Shown here piece by piece: positions 13,747-28,650 of a DNA stretch of 64,000 nucleotides (positions within the stretch are counted from its first letter, which is position 1; the number at the start of each line of letters is the position of its first letter). The stretch comes from Octopus sinensis (lineage: Eukaryota): assembly GCF_006345805.1 (NCBI RefSeq), contig NW_021835999.1, positions 248,001-312,000 on the forward strand, read 5' to 3'. A program made the position numbers and the translations under genes. The notes under the pieces were generated by a model that did no database searches, was not told where the DNA came from, and was given only the letters and a program-made list of their open reading frames with translations.

Positions 13747-15091
13747 ATGTCAGAACCTGTGGCTATACAAAATCGCTACACCAATTCAGAACGAGAACTC
13801 TACAGCATAAAATGTCACGGAATATCTGAAAATAACCGGGCTGAAAACGACCGTTTGTTGGAAGAATCCCAAAAACTGATTGCTCGGTCTAAAGAATGCG
13901 TAGAACAAACTCAACTCGACGTTTCAAAAAAACTGAGTAAATAAATCGTCGTGTCAGAATTAGACCAGAGACTTGCCGACCTCAATTACTGGAACGACGA
14001 ACTCATATCCCAACACACCTCAATTTCTCAGGAGATCCATTTGATAGAAGCCATTAGAACTCGTCTAGAAAGAGCTCTCAGTCGGATTGCCGACCCAATC
14101 AGCACCACCCAGAAATGTCTCGAGTACAGGTACTCCATTTCTGTGACATTAGGGACAATCGGATCGGAATTGACCGTGTGGAAGACGAGATCCAAAAGGA
14201 GCTGTACAAAGAAAAGGACGTAATCATCGGGGCCAAAGGCGTGCTGTACAAAACACTAGAGGACGTGTTAGAGCAACTGAGGCAGAGGCCACGCTCTATT
14301 TTTAGACTTAATAAAAAGATTAAATTCCAATTGGAAGAAAACATTGAAAAAAAATTGCATGCAATAAAAATCGACAACCACTGCGAGATTCCATCCAACT
14401 GTTTGGTGGGCAATCCTCCGAAGAGTAGATCACTGGAGAAGTTGTGTGGCACATTCAGTCTTAGTTACTACACTGAGGAAGATTGGAATGCCGACGTGGC
14501 CAGTCTGATCAAGGCCACTCAGAGACAAGTCTACGGGTCCTCACAACTTCGGCTGATGGTGGCCAACATCATTTCCCAGGCCAGGGGCGACATACAACGA
14601 CAAATCAACGCAGTGAACCTGGCTTTTGAAATCAGCATTCGCGAATCTACGCAAGCAAAGGAGAAACTGAACTGCGAATTATTCGAGGTGGCGGACTAAG
14701 CTTAATTCCAGGTCAAGAATCAAATAAGACAGACTTATAAGGCTATTGAAAGTGTCAAGAACTCGATTCAAGAAAAAGAGGAGCCGCTTAAAATTTCCAT
14801 GGCACGTGCAGACGAGAGAGCCCAACGAAAGGGAGTGGAGTTATGCATGGATGCTGTTTCGTTCAGACTTATCGACGAGGTAGTATATTGGCAGACATTT
14901 AGGTTAACCAACTGAGAGGTCTGATGGCACAGTTGGGGTCAAAGTCTGCTCAACTAATATGTTCGGAAAGAGCGTTGATTGAGACTGAAAGGAGGATTGA
15001 GGATGAAATTGCGATCAAAGAGAATACTATTTTTATTGACCAAGTGCAGTGCATGAATTTGCGAAATATACTCAAAGTCGATGACTACTAA
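13747..15091 (+). CDS. Tektin (axonemal coiled-coil protein, tektin-1-like)
   Basis: DQRLADLNYW, CLEYR..RIGIDRVEDEIQKELYKE and the tektin signature variant RAQRKGVELCMD; coiled-coil heptads throughout. Confidence 0.9.
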
Positions 15092-15220
15092 TTGACTAAC
15101 ATTTTATTCTCACTCAAAAACTAAATTATCGACAAAATATTAATCTAACTTGTTGCACGTCAATTTAAATTACCTGCACTTTTATCTTTATTTGTTAATT
15201 TTTGACCTTAAAAAAACACA

Positions 15221-15380
15221 AATCTGTGAATATATTGGGAGACACACCTGAAGAAGGGGGATTCTGCCTCTCGCTGCATCACCGCCAGTTCGAACTGAGG
15301 TCCCTCCGTGAGCACAAACTCAATCACTCGGTGGATCCGCCGTAATTGAGACCTGGAGTTGCACACAACCCCACCAGCTG
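15221..15380 (-). pseudogene. Duplicated fragment of the U2SURP SURP domain, intron retained
   Basis: Closely similar to ~27116-27280 ([30 protein letters not shown]), including the intronic GTGTGTC...AATATATTC.CAG. Confidence 0.85.
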
Positions 15381-15389
15381 GAGAACTCA

Positions 15390-15830
15390 TACTAATCACT
15401 GAAAAAATGAACTTCTTTCACAGACGACAACTAAAAATCCCTACTGGAGATACGAACTATTAATTCAGAAATTTTAGACTATTAATTGACAAGTTATCTC
15501 AACCTGTGCTAGAAAAATAGTTCATCCAAATTAATGCTGAGGAGACGGTGACAACAACCTTATGGCGTGAATTAACTCGAACTGATGAAAAATGGAAATG
15601 CTATAAAAAATTTGAGTCACAGCTCTGAGATCTTGAGGATATCTAATACAACAAATATTGGATGTCCCGGCATTCAAAAAACTATAGGAGCAGCCTGGTA
15701 TAATCTTAAACAAATCAGTACATGTAAGATTATACAATGCCTTTGTAAAACTGGTCCTAATGTGCAATTAGGTCCAAAGCTGAAAACTGGGATGATCTGG
15801 ACATTCTTAGAGAAAGTGAAAGAACCGTAG
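15390..15830 (+). mobile_element. Degenerate, rearranged RTE-like LINE 3' fragments
   Basis: FHRRQLKI, TDEKWKCYKK and YNAFVK match the C-terminus of the LINE at 18691-21431; many stops. Confidence 0.6.
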
Positions 15831-16601
15831 TTCTTGGAGGTAGTTAGTTAAGAGAATAGTTGAAAGAATAACCAAAGCACGGCACAAACGGAACCTCTAT
15901 TAAATAAATCACTTTTTGGTTTCTTTGAAGGTAGTAATAATAGATAAACTGAATCGAGACACCCTCTAAAAAATTAGGAAGTATTGTAAGTCAGCTCAAC
16001 TTGATTATTCTATAAGTTTGGAAGAAAAGTCACAAATACGAAGTTGTCAAAATTCAGTTTCATAGAGAAAGCCACCTACATTACAAAAATGGTTCAAAGT
16101 TGCGTTTCTTTGGTATCAAAGAGTTAAAATTAATTGAAGTAGTGGGTTCAACACAATCTTAATCAATTTGGACGTGATCTATTGTACAGTTTATTGACTC
16201 TTAGCATTTATGGTGCCACGCGTACTGATCTGCCTTTAAAAAACATTAAAATTAAAAATGTAATGAACAAAAAAAAATAACTTCAGAAAATAATTTTTAT
16301 AAAAATTATAAATTTAACCAATCTGACGTCCCGACCTACGGTGACAAAATATAAATAATTTTCCTCTTTAATAAAGAATAGCCCTGACAATAAAGAAATG
16401 TTTAAATGATGATAACTCAATTTACCCAATTATTTGACAAATTCCCCATTAGGTGATTAAAGTATACTCAAGTTCCTACTCTAGTCTTGAGTGAATATGG
16501 ATGAGCCAATAAATTTGATAAATAAAGCCACCACCAATGATAAATTGATTTAATACGTAGTAGTTTCTATTTATTCACTTTATTAGAAATGCCACAAAGT
16601 C

Positions 16602-18062
16602 ATTTTAAACTGCTTGTTTCGAGAATTGTTGCATTAAAAAGTTATAAAACTAAATCAATTTTCTGGCAACGGCGACTATTTGCTGATCAAGTCGAACTAA
16701 AGTAATGACACAAAATAATGACAAATATGACATTGCCGTGGACGGACAGAAAGGGGAGTCGACAACTCAAAAAAATCATCAAAAATCAGGACAAATCTCG
16801 AATCCACCCGTTCCTCAGGATACTCACAAATATATTCAAATGACCACCAGCACTAAAAAGTCCTCAGTCCACATCACGTCCACCAAATTGACGTATCCCA
16901 ACAGTTTTCCCAACGGAAACGACTTTTGTGAGTCTAATAAATAAACCGACAGCCAATCATACACTCCCTCGTCCTTTCCTCGAAGCACACGGCCGTCGTG
17001 GAGGCAATCCACAGCCTTCCTCGGTGGGGTGTATACACGACTGATTCCGCGAACCTAATCAACAAATCGCAGTAAAATATACTTTATGATCCCCCCAACC
17101 AGCAGGGAGGCCACTGGCTGGTCGACGGGGAGACACATCCCGGGATCCCCCTTCCCACCAAGTCCATTCAAATGACCCATCTTTCCACCCACATTTCCAG
17201 AAGGGGGACTCACACTTTCGTGGACTTTGTTGGAATGGCCTATTTTGGCAGCCTCTGATGTGAGATAAGCCATCTGCTCCAGTCGGACTTGATCAGTCAC
17301 ATCTTCGACTGAATTGGGTTGGAGTGAGACGTGGAATTTGTCTGATTTTAAACATTTGTCAATTCGGTCCTTCAACTGGTCAATTTCTCTCCTCTCGGAC
17401 GAGTCAGTCCACTGATTGACAGAGAAGTAGTCCATTTGGTCGTCGATAACACGAGTTCGTAGTCGACTGCCACTAACATTAATTATTTACCAATTTCTGT
17501 CAAAATCTAACAATCTGTCTTTATTATCCAAGGCCTGTTGAAGGGCGGGGTGGGGGGACTCATCGTCCGCGTAATGACGACAGTTCTTACTCCTGACCTA
17601 CCAATGAGGAGGAGGCCGACCATATCCCCACAGAACAAGCAGGGACCGGCCCCTTCTTGGAGGCAGACCACTCGCCCACAGGAAAGACAGTTGTTGACCA
17701 ATCCGTGAATGGTCGACTGGCAGGCACACTCCACTCGCCTTCCTGGCACTACATCTCCACTCCCCACGGTTATGTTCTTCCTTACTCTTTTGGCCTTTTT
17801 ATTGACGGGGATCCCCAATTTTGTGCATTTTTTGATGAAGATTGTGTTTTTGATTGAATCTATTTTGTCCTGTGTTGACTGGTCTTGCACACCCACCAAA
17901 TCTTGCAAGTACTCTCTGAATTCCTCGGGGTCCGGAATGGCTGCCAGACACCTGTTTGATAGAAAGTGTGTTCAAATGCCTAATCAGTTCGGGAATGTCC
18001 TCAAAGCCGAATTCGGCCTTTAGTTTGTCCCGAAGATATGAAAAACGTTCAGATTGGTCCAT
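16602..18062 (-). CDS. TRIP4: Activating signal cointegrator 1 (C2HC5 zinc finger plus ASCH domain)
   Basis: CACQSTIHGLVNNCLSCGRVVCLQEGAGPCLFCG, VIDDQMDYF, DPGMCLPVDQPVASLLVGGI and GRLWIAS. 3' end approximate. Confidence 0.92.
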
Positions 18063-18096
18063 ACAACCACAACGTTCGTTTAATTCAAATATATAT

Positions 18097-18578
18097 TTAG
18101 TAATTATTTAAATCATTTTTTAGGCTGTTTTTTTCCAGATTTTTTATTTTTATTTCGAGGCTTATTTTGCATACACAGAGGCTTAAACCCACGGAGACTG
18201 AGTGCGTGAGGAGCGTTGTGTGCAATGTAGTACAAATTGAGGAGAGTCTGTTCTCTATCCGCCGAGGTTCCCCCTGTTTTAGGAATTGGAGATTTCTTCC
18301 CAGTCTTTCGGACTTTGGAGACCTTGGACTTTTCTTTTTTCGGATTGTCGGACAGTTTTGGGAGTTTTGTGGACTTTGTTTTGGGCTAAATCTGATTTTG
18401 GGGTGGCTAACCTTTGGGGTTTTCTTTTTTTTGGGTTGTGCTACTGGCGTGCTTCCATAGAGTGTCTTTGCCCTGGGAATAATAAGAGACAAACCAGCAT
18501 TTCCAATCGCAGCTGTAGTGATGGCTGGTTTTATTAATCAATTTAGCGCGATAATTGATTTCCTTATGTTTACCTCAT
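18097..18578 (-). CDS. Putative small basic K/P/S-rich protein of unknown function
   Basis: 131-codon open frame in GC-richer sequence with a plausible 22-nt intron upstream (GTTTGTCTCTTATTATTCCCAG). No recognisable homology; model uncertain. Confidence 0.3.
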
Positions 18579-18690
18579 CGAAACGTCATCGAAATAATTT
18601 CATTTAAAATAACAATTATTGACTACAATGCCGAAATCGATAGTCCTGCCTGCCTAATGAAACAAATTGTTATTATTAGACACATAAGAC

Positions 18691-21431
18691 CTTTTGGAAT
18701 TCAATTCACAAATACTACCGTGTGAACGACCGCATATGTGTACTACAACTGAGACAAAAAACTTTGACCAACACGGATCGAATAATCAGCATTATAAATG
18801 TCTACGCCCCACAAAGTGGAAGACTGAAGAAGAACGTGGATGAACTAGACTCTTTCTATCACATGCTATCAAAGACCTACACGAGTATAAAAACATCCTT
18901 CCTTATACTAATTGCCGGCGATTGGAATGCTAAGGCAGGCAAAGGCCGTGGTGAAGAAGTGTTCATGGGCAGACATGGACGGGGGATAAGAAATGCACCA
19001 GGTGAAATGCTTGTGAACTTCTGCAGCATATTCAAGCTACTGCTATGCAATACGGTCTTTCCTCATGCGGCACGTCATAAAACCACGTGGACCGGGACTA
19101 GAAGAAACAAAAATGGGGAGTACGTCAACATCTATAATCAAATCGATTATATCATCTGTAGACAAGAAGAAAAACATCGATTGCTGGATGCCAGGTCATA
19201 TGGCGGGGCACTTACACTGAGCGATCACAAAGCCATTGTGGCACGATTGAGACTGAAAAGAATTTTTGGATCGCCTCTTTCAAAAGAAAATGAATCAAAC
19301 CGAATTAGATACTCAGTGGAAAAACTGATTACATCAGATGTTACCAAGGAAAAATACTCCCAGGCAATCATCGAAAACCTAAAAGTAACAGAAACGGTAA
19401 AAGACCCAAACAAAAGCTGGGATATATTAGAAAAACTTATTCACAAAGCTGCAACGGAAACCATTGGAACGACTGCATTCAGAAACCACTCAAACCCATT
19501 GAATCCAAATGTTGCCGAAATGGCAACAAAACAAAAAGCCATCCAACTGAAAATTGAAAACACCAACGACAAGGAGGCAAAGGAAAAACTCAAAGAGAGA
19601 ACGTAGGAAAATATCGAGAACAATCAAGAAGGAAAATCTTAAATACGTGAAAGCTTTATTAAACTCTCGAATATCAGAAGTTGAAGACTTAAAGGATGGT
19701 GCGCAAATGTACGCAGCCATCAGACTACTACGCCGACGACAACAGAAAACAAAACTGGTTGTGCACGATGAACATGGGAAAACAATTGGAAACCCAATCG
19801 AAATGGTAAATACAATCGCCGACCACTTCGAAATACTATTCAATGGCAGGGCCGATGCTCTCGATGAGGGTGAAGAACGTTATCTAAACAACAAAATAAC
19901 ACACCTTGAAGTTTTGAAGGCTATAAAAAAATTAAAAAACAACCGTGCGGCGGGTCCAGACAACATCAACGGTGAATTGATAAAGTACTCCCCAATGGAG
20001 ATCTCAACTATAATCACAAATCTCCTGAACGAGATGTTCCATGGAAATACCATACCGCCTATTGGGAAAGGAACGCTAATTCCTCTCCAAAAACCCAACA
20101 AGCCGCAAGGTCCTCTTAACAACATTCGCCCAATCATACTCTTGAACACAATAAGGAAAATCTTCTCGCTCGTAACACTGGAACGTATTAAGGACCCTGT
20201 TAATGAATATCTGTCGGCTAGCCAAAGTGGATTCAGGCCTGGGCGATCAACTGCAGATGTAGTATGGGGACATAGATGGATCTGTGCCATATCTCAGAAA
20301 TTTAAAATGGCGACCACAATATTGGGCATTGATATGAGCAGGGCATTTGATACAATCCGCAGAGACAAGCTAATGGAGATCCTCAAAACTATTCTTGACA
20401 ATGACTCGATCAGAATGGTTCGAGCACTACTTATAGACACCGAGTTAACGGTGAAGATCGGACCCGTACAATCAAGATCTTTCAAAACAAGCATTGGAAC
20501 GCCCCAAGGTGATTCAATATCACCTGTACTATTCATTGTCTATCTTGAAGCGGCACTAAGAGATCTGAGAAAACTAGTGAAGACTACTTCAATAACTGAA
20601 GTGATATATGCCGACGATGTAGACTTTTGTCTCATGATAAGTCGACACTCGAAGAACTGCTGAACATTGCTCCTCATGCACTGGAAAAATGGTTCTTAAA
20701 AGTGAACATAGAAAAAACCGAATATGTAACAATCAACCGGGAGGCAAATAGAACAGACGAAAAATGGCGAAACTCAAAAAAGTTGGAACTCTTTTAGGAG
20801 ATAGTGAAGACATTATGAGGAGAAAGATGCTATCGACTGTTGCACTTAACAAACTGCGGACCACTTGGCTACGAAACCGCGAGGTTGGAACGGCCTTACG
20901 TGCCAAATTATACAATGCTTTTATTAAACCCATACTTTTGTACAACGGAGGAACATGGGGAATATCTGAGTCTGAATCAAAATCTCTTGATGCATTCCAT
21001 AGAAGACAGTTAAGAATTCTTATTGGCATCAACTGGCCAAAGAAAATCAAGAACTCCACCCTATACAATATCTGCAACAGCAGACCCGTCAGTGTGGACA
21101 TTACCGAAGCACGTTGGCGCCTATTGGGCCACATTCTAAGACTCGACCGGGATGTTTATGCTAACTGGGCAATGGAATCATATTACGCAAAGGACGAAAG
21201 ATCTGCGTCCCGAGGACGCCCACGAAATACATTACCTATTGTAATCTCAAAAGAACTACAACGCGTTAAAAGACAACTGAAAAATGGAGACGACCTAGAT
21301 ACTCTCAGGAGTATAGCATACAACCGCACATCATGGAAAATTATGACCGAAAAGATAGTCTCATATGTGGCACATGTGGGAACTTAATTAGTTTAAATTA
21401 CATTATGTTCCTATGACAGTGCTAATAATAA
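18691..21431 (+). mobile_element. RTE-like LINE (APE endonuclease plus RT), 5'-truncated, three frameshifts
   Basis: INVYAP, AGDWNA, NQIDYI, SDH; QSGFR, PQGDSISP, YADD; C-terminal RGRPR; (TAA)n tail; intronless; 14-bp TSD TAGACACAT(A/T)AGAC at 18677-18690 and 21432-21445. Confidence 0.92.
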
Positions 21432-21439
21432 TAGACACA

Positions 21440-23174
21440 TTAGACTGTTTTTGAGTTTTTCACAAATCGAATATATGCCTGCAAAGCTGCATTTTTCTGC
21501 AGTTCCTGATTTAGTTTGGTGATGAGCCATTTGTTGAGTCTCTACACGTGTGGACATGAATCAAGCCTTGAGTGCCGCATTCTCCACAAGCGGACGATCC
21601 ACCTCCCTCTCGTGGTTGAAGGGCTCACACTTCCCTGCCGAAAGCTGCTCGGTCAGGGCAATCTCCTCTCTCAACCCTTCCCTCAGAGAATGGCCTTAAT
21701 TTATAAATTTCTCCACAGACAAATGTCGTTGATCTCCGCGTCGATGTATTTTGAAATATCCGAGTCTAAGGATTGTGTGGGCTGGCTTAGAGGAGTCACG
21801 TGACTCCGTTCTCTCACCGAAATGTCCTCGACTCCCAAAAATTCATTTTCGTCAAAGTTTCCTTCAAATAGTCGCCTCTCTACTTGATCCTCAGAAAACT
21901 TTTCTGTTAAACTGACTCCTTTGCTCACGGACTTGTTGAACTAAAATAGTCAGCAGACACGACTTGTCTGCGGAGGTAGGTCAGAGACCGCGTGTAGTTC
22001 CAAATGTCGTCAATATCGCCCTTGGGGGACTCCGTATTACTTTGGATGGCCTCCTGCAGTTCGCCGATGGACTGTTCATGTCTTTCGATCTCGTCTTGGA
22101 TAGCCTCCGTGGACATTAGAATGCTTCCATACACTCCTCCGTAAAAGTTTCTCTCCGCACTGAAATTAGAAAGGTCAGATTTACTGGGAAATGTGATGAC
22201 CAACACAAAACGTGTCCGACCGGTCGAGAATGAACTGAAAAATGGAATTATCTATTCGGAGACGGGAAGAGAAGATGACTCCGAGCTTCCTCATTGACAT
22301 TTCCGTCGTTTTCTCCTTTCATATGGGCAAGGACAAACGTGGGATGCCATGAACCTGATGTGGCGGACAATGCACCCAAACATCATTCGGTTGTATTCGG
22401 GCAGAGATTTGATTCTCCGTTCCAGACAGTCCACCAACTGGGTCTCTGAGTGTCTCCCAATCCAGACTAACCAGGGACCGACGTGAACAAGTCAGGCTTG
22501 GCTTCGAACAGGGAATTGCCGAGACGTTCGATGTACAGTTTGATCAGATCAGCGACAAAAGTTATTGAAAAGTCGACAATCTGAACTTTTTCCCCAATGT
22601 CATAGAGTTGGGCCACTCTCTCCAAATCAGGGACATTTGTGCAACTTCTGTAAATCCCCTTGACGTGGATTCCTGTATTAAAAAGGACTCTTCTGACCTT
22701 CTTGTTCCACGTGGGATATCCATTCAGAAAAAAAGTCAGGCAAAAGCAATCCGTCATTTCCTCCTCGTTCGGAAGCTTGTTTTGGGGTGACTCCAAACAC
22801 CGGGGAACGGACTGAGATGAGACATTGGCACTCACCCTTCTTTGTCGATATAATCGGTTTTTTCCTGAAGCGACTGTCTTTCTTCTATCAAATGACAGAA
22901 TCGACGTAAGAACTGAATAGAGAATTAATAACCTCGTTAGTCAGCCTCAGTGACTTGCCCCAATGTCGGTCACCAACAATGTCGTTTACTGAATTTTGTT
23001 TAATCGTCACTGTTTTGGATCTGGTTTTGTCGTGGCTACTATTTTGGGTGTGAAATGACTATGTGTACAAAAGACGTTTAAAAATTGTGGACATTAGAGT
23101 GAGCGTCAACCCTTCTTTTTATATCTAATGATGTTTGCGTCCACGTTTGCATCACAATTTCCTTTAAAGTCCAT
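21440..23174 (-). CDS. RALBP1: RalA-binding protein 1 / RLIP76-like (RhoGAP, Ral-binding and coiled-coil regions)
   Basis: RhoGAP motifs GIHVKGIYRS and VADLIKLYIERL. EIERHEQSIGELQEAI...IWNYTRSLTYLRRQ resembles the Ral-binding helices. Last exon ends ...FVKNSKTV*. Confidence 0.72.
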
Positions 23175-23565
23175 CCACGAATTTTTTTTGACGTAGTTGC
23201 ACAAGTTCACTTTTTACTATTTATTTATGCCAATCAAAATGGGCTGTCCCATTCTATTATTAAAGGGCGTCAGATTAAAAGGTTATTACAGTCAAATGCA
23301 GACACAACCAGTCTGTCCTTGTCATTTAACCTTATTGTGACTTGTAGTGATGTCAATTTATTTCATTGATTGGGATGATGGTGTTACTTTATTAATTCGA
23401 CTCGGTAATCAAAACTAATTCATTTTAAGATACAGTGACGTCATCGTTGTCGTTAAAAATAATAATAACGAACAGGTTCTACAGTTGAGGGGCGTGGAGA
23501 TACTAATAGAGATGACGATTGGTCCAATAAATTTAGGTCATCAGCGTAACCAACAAATCATAATA

Positions 23566-24753
23566 CAGTATAACCTCCATTTGGGGCAGACCTCTGGCTT
23601 GGGGAACCTCTATTTTTGGGGAAACCTCTATTTTTGGGGTAGTTTGAAAAGGATATAATTTTTAGCGGTAATTTCCAAATTTAGAATTACCGGAACCTCT
23701 AAGTGGGGCACAGGATTTTTAATTATATACATATTTGCTATTAAAATTAAAATTAATTATATAAAATTTCATTTGGAAGCCTCGTGTAATTTTGTATTCT
23801 TGTTGTTATGGCTCGTAAGCTTAGTCTTGAGTTAAAGATCAAAATTGCCAAGGAATTAAGTGAAAATAAACATCTTACTGAACGAGATATTGTAGATAAG
23901 TACAAAATTAGTAAAGGTTTTTTATTAATGTAAGTTTTTAGGCGCTGTGTCACGTATTAAAAAAAATTATCTCAATTTTTTTAATACTGGGGCTGTTCAA
24001 ACAGATTTTCCCAGAAATATTCAACGCTCTCCTCATACTTTAAATCTTTCAAGTCCAATTATCTTAACGCTTTATTGGATTTTACTCTTTATTTTGAGGA
24101 CGTTGAGTTACAAATTGTTAATTTAAAAAAAATAAATCTTCGTCATGTCATAATAATTGTTGGAAAAACATGGCAAAATTTAATCCTGAAACAATAACGA
24201 ATTGTTGGGAAACATTAATAACTGTCGGCAACAGATTCCTAGTTCAAATTTTTTAGTTAACAGTGAGAAAGAAAATTTGGACACGATAATTGCAGACGTA
24301 ATTGCTGAAAATGAAGAAGAAAATAATGATGAGTCAATATATGACCAAACTGAATGCAACTGTTCACACTTGGACACGATAACAGCAATGAATAACCTTG
24401 AAGAGAATATTCACCGTTTGTTTCCCGATGCGTTAAAGACTATTACAATTTCAGAAAAATATTGGGCATACATATGAAGAAATCTGCAACAGGAAACAAA
24501 ATAACAGATTATTTTGTGTAATAGAATAAAAATTTTTTTCTACTTGAAAAATACTCTAATTATCAATAAAATTAGTGGAAAACATGTTTAAATGTTCTTA
24601 AAATACTTTATTTATTTATAAATTAATGAAAAATATGCTAAAACTATTAAAATTTTTATAAAAATAAAGAAAATTTCAGACCTCCATTTTTGGGGAAACC
24701 TCTATTTTTGGGGCAATTTTTCAAAATTGATGCCCCAAATGGAGGTTATACTG
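23566..24753 (+). mobile_element. pogo/Tigger-family non-autonomous element
   Basis: TIR CAGTATAACCTCCATTTGGGGCA, TA flanks, internal ACCTCTATTTTTGGGG repeats. N-terminal HTH MARKLSLELKIKIAKEL... from 23808 and an acidic C-terminal remnant. Confidence 0.9.
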
Positions 24754-24948
24754 TAATGTCAGACTCGTTGATTGGTCAGACCGTTTGTTTGACAATTATG
24801 AAAAAGATTGCTGAATTAACCACAATCGAACTTTCAATAATCATTCAAATTCTTGTCGAATTAGAAAGTTCGAGAGCTCGTTCTGAATTGTCAAATTTCA
24901 CGTTATAGTATTCAGAAGAGTGCCTAATAGACAGGCGTGTCCACAATA

Positions 24949-25861
24949 CAGTAAAACCTCTGGTGCTCGCCACCTCTATTGCTCGCCACATATTTTTCGA
25001 AAAATTAAAAATTTGTAGTAAATTTTGATAAATATTCTATTGCTCGCCATTTTCTAAATCTCGCCATTAATTTTTAAAAATATTTTTTTTAGGTAAACTA
25101 TTTTTTATATAAAAGTTGATCAGAAACAAAAAATTGATGCATTTACTTCTTTGATCTCTGCAAAGATTCAATAATATAATGCTGAAAACATTTATAACTG
25201 GAATTTTTTAACCTTAAAAGACGGTCTTCTTTTTGCATATTTTGCCTGGAAAAAAGTAACGACCAAAACAATTACAAATTGTTTCGGACATTCAAAATGG
25301 AGCGAATGTGAAAATCAACTCGAAAAACAAACTGTTGAAATTGATAATTATGATCAAATGGTAAATATTTTGAAAATATTGGACCCGGTGGATAAAGATG
25401 ATTTTATTAATCATGAATTTACCAAAATGTATGAAATTGAAGATTACTTTAATATTGCTGGAGATTCTTTCCCACAAAAATATGACGATGAAGATACTCA
25501 TAATGACGAATCTCATGTGAATTCAGAAGAGGCTTTGAAAATGTTGAAAAGAATAAAGTCATTCTTTTATCAAAATGAAAATTTTGATATAAATTCGTTG
25601 GAACTAATCGACACCGTGATTAGAAATATGGCTGAATTAAAAAAAATATTAAAGATTTTTTAGTTAATTTTTTCCTTTTAATTTCTTTCGATTCTCTTTG
25701 TTTCTTTACTCAAATATGACTTGGAAGGCTCACTTATGATCGGAAAGTATCGAAAACCGAGATGTTTTCAAAATTTCAAAGTCAAAAAATTTATTGATTA
25801 TTTCCATTGCTCGCCATTTTTTCTTTGGTCCCGAAAATGGCGAGCACCAGAGGTTTTACTG
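24949..25861 (+). mobile_element. pogo/Tigger-family non-autonomous element
   Basis: TIR CAGTAAAACCTCTGGTGCTCGCCA, TA flanks, repeated TGCTCGCCA. Transposase remnants AWKKVTTKTITNCF and LMIGKYRKPRCF. Confidence 0.9.
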
Positions 25862-26170
25862 TATGTAAAAAACAATTTACAGTCAACCCCGGCCTGGGCT
25901 CCAAATTTTATAAAAATTAATGCAGATTATGAATTTGTTATCAATTTGTCAGACACAATGAAAAAGAGCATTATTGCTGGCACACACAGAATCAGGCTTG
26001 AGGCAGACTGAAAAAATCCATACTAAGCATCCCCTCCTAAAAGCTAAAACTAGACTGTGCTCATTTCCTAACTAAGTTGAAAATCATAGGCACAGGGAAC
26101 AAGCATTTGTTGACTGTCTAATAGAAGGTCAATCACACTTCAGCCACTCACATGTCAAAGTCATCGGGCA

Positions 26171-28118
<1,948 letters not shown>

Positions 28119-28650
28119 TCTTATTATTATTACTTATTGACATTTTATTAATATTTGAATTAGGCGTTACCACACATCACACTCTAGTTTAATTACTAAT
28201 ATTCATTTTAATATCCTTTGTTGAAATAGACTATTCTTTGAAAAATAATCAATGATTAAAATATTGAGATTTGTTCAAAGTAAAATTTAACCGGTTGCCC
28301 ATGCGTATTCATCTGCTCATTTAAGAGTGATGTGCTGAATAGAAAATCCACCAAAATGAATTTTGATTCCAGAATTTGCATTTTAATCACAAGGTAAACC
28401 GCGAATAGATTTTCAATGGATCTGATGACCGCATACTTTAAGATTAATAAATGGATTATAATTTATTGAGTACTTCATAGCAGAGATTAACTCCAGAAGG
28501 AGTATTGTGGTTTGAACAAGTTGTTGAAAATCAATGTTTTTTCATATCGAAAATCATTAGCGAGAGGCAATGGGCAACCAATGAGGTACTAATCAGCCAC
28601 ATTATCGTTAACGATAAATATAAAACACGCATACACCGTAGCGTGTCCAA

